From a virus, in IMG/VR virus record IMGVR_UViG_3300008108_000044, positions 15,509-79,508 of that record: 64,000 nt of DNA; one strand, written 5' to 3'. Under the pieces are notes generated by a model. It ran no database searches. It was not told the DNA's origin and saw only the letters and a list, made by a program, of their open reading frames with translations. Positions within the stretch are counted from its first letter, which is position 1. Every line of letters starts with the position of its first letter. A program made the translations under genes and the position numbers. Shown here piece after piece: positions 56,909 through 64,000 of the stretch.

Positions 56909-57720
56909 AAAAGTTTACTTTAATTGAAGAAGATAGATATATCGGTATTGATGATATTGGTATCTTTTTTGAGAAGGACAATTGGCCTTTTGCAGACATT
57001 GAGCATCTTTGGGCAATTCAATGGAGAGATAATGGCACTGAAGATGGTCATGGTTGGATAGAGTACGATTCTCCAGTTCCTAATACTCCATGTACTGTTG
57101 CGGACATTCAAAAATACATTACTCATTTTGATGCAGAATATGAGCGTCAAATGGATCTCAAACGAGTTAAAGAAGAAGAGGATAGGAAGAAAGCAATTTC
57201 ATGGCAAGATGCTATGAGAGAGTTGGAAGAGCAAATGGAAGAGATGCAAAAAAGGCATGAAGAGTCTCTTAATTTAATGAGAGATGATCATGACACACAA
57301 ATGCAGAGAGTCCATGATCGTGTAGCAGAAGCGCATGAAAACTTATTCTATGCATCAAACACTCTTCAAGATAATGTAGAAGAAAGTAGAACTGCATTCC
57401 AATCAGAAAAAGGATATGATAATATTACTATTTTTGATGGTAGTGTTGACCCCTCACTGTTTGATGATTCTGTAGACTCTTCATTTTTTGATGAAGTATC
57501 TGATGATTCGTCTCTATTGGACAACTATGATTCCGATCAGTTAGATTCTAAGTTAGTTGATGATGTAATCAGAGATTTTTCATCTTTAGATTTGAGTGTT
57601 TTGGATAGTGAATTTAATTTGGAGTTACTGTTTGAAGAGGATCCAACAGAACAGGTTGTAAATGATATTGAAGAATTAATTGAAGATGTTGAAAAAGAGG
57701 AGGAATCCGATACTAAATGA
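56905..57720 (+). CDS. Tail-fibre-associated protein with acidic tail
   Basis: LWAIQW..GWIEY N-terminal domain, coiled coil, D/E-rich C-terminus. Confidence 0.55.
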   Translation: MKKFTLIEEDRYIGIDDIGIFFEKDNWPFADIEHLWAIQWRDNGTEDGHGWIEYDSPVPNTPCTVADIQKYITHFDAEYERQMDLKRVKEEEDRKKAISWQDAMRELEEQMEEMQKRHEESLNLMRDDHDTQMQRVHDRVAEAHENLFYASNTLQDNVEESRTAFQSEKGYDNITIFDGSVDPSLFDDSVDSSFFDEVSDDSSLLDNYDSDQLDSKLVDDVIRDFSSLDLSVLDSEFNLELLFEEDPTEQVVNDIEELIEDVEKEEESDTK

Positions 57721-58862
57721 ATTCTAAATTGATTGAGAATAATTATCTGATTATTCCAAATTTTATATCATTAAACAAGGCAAAAGAATTAGCAGAAGAC
57801 TTTAAACAATATTCAGAGACTTATAATCTAAAAGAAGACCCTCAAGTACCTAATTGTAAAAGTAAGTACGATTATGTGTCTTTTGTTGAACTTCTTTGTG
57901 AAAAAACAAATACGGTATCTCAGTTAGTTGGTGAGACTGTTATACCAACGTATTCTTATGCTAGAATATATCAACACGGGAACGAATTAAAACCACATGT
58001 TGATAAATCTCAATGTGAGATATCATTAACTGTTAATTTAGATTGTGATGAACCTTGGTCTATTTGGATAGAGACTCCGCAAAAGGTAAGACAGGAAGTT
58101 GTCTTGACTCCAGGAGATGCCATGTTGTACTTTGGCATGACTGCAGTTCATTGGAGAGAATCGTTCAAAGGATCTTATTGCAACCAGGTATTCTTACATT
58201 ATGTGAGAAGTAGGGGACCATACTTTAGAAGTTACTTTGATAAAGACCATAGGATGACAGAAGAATCTACTAGTATCAAACCAATTACCGTTGAAAAAAC
58301 AAATACACTCTCCGATTACATTAAAGTATATCCACAAATTCTTAGTAAAGAAGAATGTGAATTGATACTATCAGAATATAAAAACTCCTCTGAATGGAGA
58401 ATGTCTGAAATTGGTGGTAATGGAAATCAGAATAGTTCTGTTAGGAACTGTCAAATTATAAACATGTCTATTAACAATGTAATTGATATTAATAGAGATG
58501 TTCGTCAAAGAATAGATGATCTTTTGTTTAATAAGTCTGCAGTTGCAGCTAAAAAATATATTGAAGACTTTCCAAATTGCTTTTTACAATCTGATAGTGG
58601 ATATGATCTTCTAAAGTATGAGACTGGTGGTTATTATATTCAACATACCGACAGTTTTAAAGCACAACCAAGAACAATATCAATGTCATTTAATCTAAAT
58701 GATGATTATGATGGAGGAGAATTTGCATTTTTTGATAGAGAAATACAACTCAAACTACTTCAAGGGTCTGTAATTGTATTTCCATCAAACTTTATGTATC
58801 CACATGAGATCATGCCTGTCACCAAAGGAACACGATATTCAATCGTAACATGGTTCACTTGA
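57717..58862 (+). CDS. Tandem two-domain 2OG-Fe(II) oxygenase (prolyl-hydroxylase-like)
   Basis: PHVD..HWR; then QHTD..GGEF..YPHEI..GTRYSIVTW. Confidence 0.85.
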   Translation: MNSKLIENNYLIIPNFISLNKAKELAEDFKQYSETYNLKEDPQVPNCKSKYDYVSFVELLCEKTNTVSQLVGETVIPTYSYARIYQHGNELKPHVDKSQCEISLTVNLDCDEPWSIWIETPQKVRQEVVLTPGDAMLYFGMTAVHWRESFKGSYCNQVFLHYVRSRGPYFRSYFDKDHRMTEESTSIKPITVEKTNTLSDYIKVYPQILSKEECELILSEYKNSSEWRMSEIGGNGNQNSSVRNCQIINMSINNVIDINRDVRQRIDDLLFNKSAVAAKKYIEDFPNCFLQSDSGYDLLKYETGGYYIQHTDSFKAQPRTISMSFNLNDDYDGGEFAFFDREIQLKLLQGSVIVFPSNFMYPHEIMPVTKGTRYSIVTWFT

Positions 58863-58887
58863 CACCAGTGACATGTTCTATTATACT
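58859..58887 (+). promoter_or_regulatory. Sigma70-type promoter
   Basis: TTGACA-N17-TATACT. Confidence 0.7.
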
Positions 58888-58910
58888 AAATACAAACCTT
58901 ATTTTTTTAT

Positions 58911-59144
58911 ATGGCACTATCACAATCTGTTGAAGAATCATTAAAAGAAGCAGAAGCAGCACTTCGTAACGCCCTTGCATATGCTGCCAGGCAGGAAAGA
59001 CCTGTTGTTTGCAACTCTATTGCTGAAATTATCTGTAGATTGGACCATATTGGATCATTTGATGGTCTAATGGACAAACTTGAGGATCGTTTGAACAATC
59101 CTGATGACAACAAGAGAGGTAAATGGGGTCCGTTTGGTTCGTAA
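58911..59144 (+). CDS. Hypothetical protein
   Basis: LRNALAYAARQERP. Confidence 0.7.
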   Translation: MALSQSVEESLKEAEAALRNALAYAARQERPVVCNSIAEIICRLDHIGSFDGLMDKLEDRLNNPDDNKRGKWGPFGS

Positions 59145-59240
59145 CGGAGTGTTACAACACTCTAAAGACAATATTAAGAATCCATACAATTTAGTTAAAT
59201 ACTGTTAGAATATGCTGACAATCAACGGGAGCAAAACCGA

Positions 59241-59405
59241 ATGACTTTTTACTCCAATACAAACAGCAAATTGACAGAAGAAGAGTGGAATGAAATGAAT
59301 GCTTTGCGTAAAGCAATCAATGACAATCCAAGTTCGGTTCATCCTGAAAAAATGGAACAATTTACACAATATCTTGTGCGTAGTATAAGAGAAATGGGAT
59401 CTTGA
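59241..59405 (+). CDS. Small hypothetical protein (54 aa)
   Basis: GGAG RBS; LRKAINDNPSSVHPEKMEQFT. Confidence 0.6.
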   Translation: MTFYSNTNSKLTEEEWNEMNALRKAINDNPSSVHPEKMEQFTQYLVRSIREMGS

Positions 59406-59437
59406 GATTATAGATAATATATCTCAACAAAGGCAAC

Positions 59438-61004
59438 ATGGATTCTGATTTACTTGAACTTTATAAAAAGGGAATTAAGACAAAAGAAGATATAGAAAAA
59501 GATTATAAAAAAAGACTAGAAGAGAGGAATTTGATTAAGAATCAGATTCTCCTCAAAACTGGTCTGCTTTGTCTTAAATTAACTCAAGACTATTTTAGAG
59601 AGACAAGATATATTTTAGGTAGAAGAGAACAAGAAGAGGGTGAAACAATAGAGATTAAATATAAAAAGAGAGAATTAGATAATAATATAGATATTGGATC
59701 TTTTGTTATTGATGATGATAACAAAAAATACTATAGAGTGCTACAATTAACTGACACTGATACACCAAAAACTCATTGTTTTGTTGATATGAATACTGGA
59801 ATTGTATATAAACCAAGATCTTCTACAACTGCAAATAAAAAGTTAGCATGGGACCTTGATGAGTGTATCAGAGTAGCAGATTGGAGAGGATACTACTTGA
59901 ATGAAGACCCTAAAATAGGAGGTTGATTATGGGAATGTTTGATACAATTAAAAGTTCTTATGATCTTGGTCCAGGATATCAAAAAGAGCTACAAACAAAA
60001 GATCTAGATTGTTTAATGAGTCACTATTGGATTGATCCATTGGGTAGATTATTTTTAATTGATGAAGGCAACACAGCTGATTTTGTAGAATTGACAGAAG
60101 ATGATCCTAGATATGATCCTAAAAGATTATTTTTAAATTTTATATGGGTGCCAAATGGTAATCATGGTAAAGTTAGACCAGTGTATCATTATGGTGTTGT
60201 AGAAGTTTACCCATCAAAGTGGGACTGTAAGTATTCTCCATATCCTAGTTGTAAAATATTCTTTAGATATGGAGTTATTGAAGAAGTTGTTCATGATACC
60301 GAGCGTTTTGAGAGGGCACGATATGTATAGCACACCACTTAAAGGAACTGAAAAAATAAAAACCACTCTGAACTGGTGGGAATACTGGATCGGTCATTGC
60401 TGGATGACAGGATGGCAGAGTATTCGATCCACCTTCCGCATTTGGGGGGATCTTATGACATCAAATTATGATGGTTATGCTCTAATGAAAGAAGATGACC
60501 CCGAAGCAGAATGTTTAGATTGGTTTTGGGCATCACTTAATGAGGATGATGTATATCCTAAAGAGTTTATTGAACATTTAATGCAAATGGTAGAGGATAT
60601 TGAGCTTGGTAAAGTTGAAACTTATTCTATGGATGAGGTTATGGAACGAGCAAAAAAATGGTCAGATGAAGTTTTAGATGGTATTAATTTAGATGAGGAG
60701 TTAGACGATGACGATGATTAAATTTAAGCATAGGATTGATTTTGGTCATGATTGGTATGTTCAAATTTTAAATACATCTAAACATTGGCCAAAGTTTTTA
60801 AAGAACAAATCACTACTTCAAGTATCTGTAAGTTGGATGGAGCAACCTTGCTTGCCATATATTCAAATAAGTTGTGGTAATGGGCATTTGTTTAGCATTA
60901 TGTTCTGGGCTCATAGATTTGGGTTCGACCTTGATGTTTTTTCCAGAACTTGGAACTTTGAAAGACTTGAAGAACTTGATAGGACTTTAGATGAACAAGA
61001 GTGA
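59438..61004 (+). CDS. Four hypothetical proteins (59438-59926, 59923-60330, 60323-60721, 60708-61004)
   Basis: Coupled ORFs from the track. Confidence 0.65.
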
Positions 61005-61316
61005 TAAGGATAAGTTATACATCATATTATTTTTACTAATACTTTTCCTACTTGACATGTGTGTAGTGGGTGGGATACTATTGCATGGTAAAGCAAACTT
61101 CTCTGAATTGATTAAACATCTAAAAACATGAAAACTTCTACTGCTCTTGGTTTTGCTTTTGGTGTCATTGTAATTGCTGTTGCTGGACTATTCTTTGAAG
61201 CATGGTTGCTTGGTCTCATTCTGTCTTGGTTTGGTGTATCCCTTTCCTTCTGGCAGAACTTTGCTATCATCTTCCTTGCTAACGCTATCTTCAAAACTAA
61301 CGTATCTTCTAAATGA
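60991..61316 (+). CDS. Two small membrane proteins (60991-61131, 61128-61316)
   Basis: Hydrophobic helices; ATGA coupling. Confidence 0.6.
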
Positions 61317-61504
61317 AAAACGGATACACTCTCGTTGAACTGATGATTGTTGTTGCTATTGCTGGTATTGGATGTGCTATTTTGTTTGGCATTGCTACTG
61401 GCAATTCTGTAGTCCCAGGAAAACAAGCGTGTTTGAATGCTGGTGGAAAATGGTCTGAAGGTATTCAATACGGTCGTATTACTCAACTTTGTACTTATAA
61501 TTGA
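61313..61504 (+). CDS. Type IV pilin-like mini-protein (prepilin N-terminal methylation motif)
   Basis: MKNG|YTLVELMIVVAIAGI, E at +5, C-terminal Cys pair. Confidence 0.75.
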   Translation: MKNGYTLVELMIVVAIAGIGCAILFGIATGNSVVPGKQACLNAGGKWSEGIQYGRITQLCTYN

Positions 61505-61505
61505 T

Positions 61506-61823
61506 ATGAAACCTATTCTTGCTATTGTCGGCGGTGTCGTTGGTGTAGGTGCCCTTGCTTGGGGTCTTACCTATCACGAACTGATTTTTACTTCATTTTT
61601 TGCTCCTAAGTTTGAGAATGTTCGTAGGAACACTTTTGAACAGTCAAAGTCCTTCCGAACTGGTGCTGTTCAAGAACTGCAAAATATGCAGTTTGAATAC
61701 ATCAAAGCATCACCTGAACATAAGAGAGCACTTGCAGACATTATTCGGCATCGTGCTGTAGAAGTTCCTGCCGATGCTATGCCTTCTGACCTCCAATCCT
61801 TTATTTCTAATCTTCCTCAATGA
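61506..61823 (+). CDS. Membrane-anchored protein
   Basis: N-terminal TM helix, helical soluble domain. Confidence 0.7.
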   Translation: MKPILAIVGGVVGVGALAWGLTYHELIFTSFFAPKFENVRRNTFEQSKSFRTGAVQELQNMQFEYIKASPEHKRALADIIRHRAVEVPADAMPSDLQSFISNLPQ

Positions 61824-62302
61824 AAACCATCGTTTCTGTTGCTGCACTTGCTGTTCTTGGTCTTACTCTGACTGGTTGTATTGAAGAAAACTCTGATGAT
61901 GCTCAACGTTCTCAACAAGAACGTATCCTGAGGGAAGGAACTGCTCAAACTGGTATGCCTGCCATCAAAAACTTCCGTGAACGTAAGTTGCTGAAGCAGA
62001 TTATTGAAATGCGTGACCAGGATGGTCTGGTGACTTATACTTATACTGTTCCCGAAACTACTGGTCGTCCTGTGTTTCTGTGCAACTCTATTGGTTATGG
62101 TCTTCCTGCTGCTACTCAATACACCAATCCAGAAAAATATGAAATGAGTGGGACAACTCTCCCGCAGGCAGATCCGAATGGTCTCTTCTCTCCTGACAGT
62201 GCCGAAGGTACTTGGGTGATGTGTTCTGATCCTTCTGGTAGTGGCAAAACCCGTCCTGTTTATGTTGAACCCCGCATTATTGTTTCACCTTTCAAACTTT
62301 GA
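61820..62302 (+). CDS. Lipoprotein
   Basis: Lipobox LTGC; SIGYGLP; QADPNGLF. Confidence 0.75.
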   Translation: MKTIVSVAALAVLGLTLTGCIEENSDDAQRSQQERILREGTAQTGMPAIKNFRERKLLKQIIEMRDQDGLVTYTYTVPETTGRPVFLCNSIGYGLPAATQYTNPEKYEMSGTTLPQADPNGLFSPDSAEGTWVMCSDPSGSGKTRPVYVEPRIIVSPFKL

Positions 62303-62727
62303 TTATGACTAAAGTAGTATATAATGCCAAATACGGTGGGTTCAATCTTTCCCGTGAAGCATGTCTACGTTACTGGGAACTTCAAGGCAAAGAAGTTTGG
62401 ATTGAAGATGGTGACTTCATGGATATGTTCACTGTTTGGTTGGTTCCACCCGAAGAACGTCTTACAAAACCAGAAGATTGGTATTCTGCACCAACTGAAG
62501 AACGAATTGCTTACAATAAAAAGTATTCCGAACAAACTTGGAGTGACCATAATATTGTCCGTCACGACCCTATTCTTGTTCAAGTTGTAGAAGAACTGGG
62601 TGACAAAGCAAACGGAATGTGTGCTAAACTTGCTATTGAAGAAGTCTCTGGTCCTTATCGTATTGATGAATATGATGGGTATGAGACTGTCAAACAACCT
62701 GATGGTTACGATTGGATTACTCCCTGA
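62299..62727 (+). CDS. Hypothetical phage protein
   Basis: YGGFNLS..RHDPILVQVVEELG..IDEYDGYE. Confidence 0.7.
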   Translation: MIMTKVVYNAKYGGFNLSREACLRYWELQGKEVWIEDGDFMDMFTVWLVPPEERLTKPEDWYSAPTEERIAYNKKYSEQTWSDHNIVRHDPILVQVVEELGDKANGMCAKLAIEEVSGPYRIDEYDGYETVKQPDGYDWITP

Positions 62728-62746
62728 ACTTTATTTGAGGTAAATT

Positions 62747-63154
62747 ATGACTCGTTACAATGATCCCAACACCCCTGTTGCTATTGTCTTTGGTGCTGGA
62801 TTTGTAGTTGTTGTTGCTCTGCTATTCTTTGGTGGACCACTCTACAATGTGTGGCAACAATCTCTTGCTGGTAAGGCAGAACTCCAAAAGGCAGAATATA
62901 CTCGACAAGTAGCAGTTCTGGAAGCACAAGCAAAGAAAGATAGTGCTCAACAACTTGCTGATGCTGAAATCATCCGTGCTACTGGTGTTGCCAAAGCAAA
63001 CCAAATCATCGGTGATTCGTTGAAAGATAATCGTGAGTATCTCCAGTATCTGTATATCACTGGTATTGAAGAAGGTTCACAAAAAGGCAATGTTACGATT
63101 TATGTGCCTACTGAAGGTGGAATGCCTGTCCCGACTTTACAGATGAACAAGTGA
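62747..63154 (+). CDS. Membrane protein with SPFH/band-7-like C-terminal coiled coil
   Basis: TM helix; EAQAKK..AEIIRATGVAKANQIIG..YLQYL. Confidence 0.65.
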   Translation: MTRYNDPNTPVAIVFGAGFVVVVALLFFGGPLYNVWQQSLAGKAELQKAEYTRQVAVLEAQAKKDSAQQLADAEIIRATGVAKANQIIGDSLKDNREYLQYLYITGIEEGSQKGNVTIYVPTEGGMPVPTLQMNK

Positions 63155-63208
63155 CACTTTGACATCTGGCACAGGGCACCTTTATGGGTGCCCCTTTTGC
63201 TTTATAAT
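63151..63208 (+). promoter_or_regulatory. Putative early-gene promoter module
   Basis: GTGACACTT..CTGGCACA, hairpin GGGCACC/GGTGCCC, TTTTGCTTTATAAT. Confidence 0.6.
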
Positions 63209-63229
63209 GACTTCAGTTCAAACAAACCG

Positions 63230-64000
63230 ATGACTACCATCACTCAAGAGCATTGGGACGCACTGTATGCCAAACTTTATGAGGCATATGAAGAGTGTGT
63301 AGAAAATCAGGATGAAACTTATCGTCAAAAGATTGGTATTGTCCTTGATCATATGTTGTATAACCAACCTTATATGAACATCAAATGATCCGAACAATTC
63401 TCAATCAGTTTCCTGCTCGTTATGGGTCTTATACTGCTGAAGGTAACGGAATCCGCCGAACATTCTCCAACGGTTTTAGTTATATTGTAGAAGAATGTAA
63501 CTCACCAGAAGAAGCACAACGCATCGTAAGTGACCTCAATTATCTTACAGGCAAATGACTGACAAACAAAAAGTAGAGGCACTTCAAGATTTATGTGATA
63601 AAGTTATCAGTTCTCTTGAATTAACAGTCTATGATATTGACGACCCTTATGAGAGGTCAAAAGTAAATAAACTTGCTGACGGTTATTTTCAACAAATGCT
63701 CAACATTATTCACTCAAATGACTGAAACCAAAACCTATCCCTACCTCAAATACATTCCACATTTTGTTGCAATTCGGTTGATTGTGCTTGGTCCGTTTGC
63801 GATTGTACAAGAAACAACAGAGTTTATTTCTAACTCTCTGGACAAAGTGTGTCATAAGATTGATAAATTTCTCCCATCACCTTATATTGAAAAGCAAGTA
63901 GAATGGGATCAGTTGCCCAAACGAAATCAAGAAGCGATTGAGTATCTTGCAAAAAAGCGTGATACTACCAAAGAACGAATTCTCATTCAAACTGTGAAAC
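63230..64000 (+). CDS. Four small hypothetical ORFs (63230-63388, 63385-63558, 63555-63725, 63718->64000)
   Basis: Overlapping or ATGA-coupled ORFs downstream of the promoter module. Confidence 0.6.

Noticed and set aside
59141-59215. Possible Pho box, HLR1 or NtcA site (GTAAC..GTTAC palindrome; TAAAG/TTAAG 11 bp apart)
   Set aside because: GTA-TAC spacing is 9 rather than 8, and the direct repeats are too degenerate for AT-rich DNA.
61506-62302. TM protein plus lipoprotein as an i-/o-spanin pair
   Set aside because: No long periplasmic coiled coil or short Pro-rich o-spanin, and no adjacent lysis genes or late promoter.

Overview
A 64-kb segment of an AT-rich T4-like cyanophage (Kyanoviridae-type myovirus). 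CP12, DUF4278 peptides, glutamine-riboswitch-like RNAs and an NtcA box indicate a cyanobacterial host. Gene order: carbamoyltransferase, sulfotransferase and speD; a nitrogen-regulated small-ORF locus; thyX-phoH-exonuclease-gp33-gp59-gp32; baseplate and tail genes (gp53, 48, 2, 4, 54, 26, 51, two tape-measure-like proteins, gp27-like, cp12, gp5); three tRNAs; a 1939-aa tail fibre; a nuclease-helicase-methyltransferase module; a modification-enzyme island (2 radical SAM, carbamoyltransferase, many 2OG-Fe(II) oxygenases, SGNH-like proteins, RNA ligase/HNH/phosphatase); and small membrane-protein genes including a type IV pilin-like ORF. The most unusual signal is at 4678-5491: an NtcA box and promoter precede two tandem glutamine-aptamer-like RNAs, each carrying a complete, mutually homologous small ORF inside its P2 loop with the start codon buried in the stem, followed by a DUF4278 (YRG) peptide gene. 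Other notable signals are a candidate -1 frameshift fusing gp26 to gp51, a pseudoknot ahead of gp32, a split methyltransferase, and up to three apparent deletions that may be assembly artefacts. All calls come from motif recognition by eye; no database searches were run.
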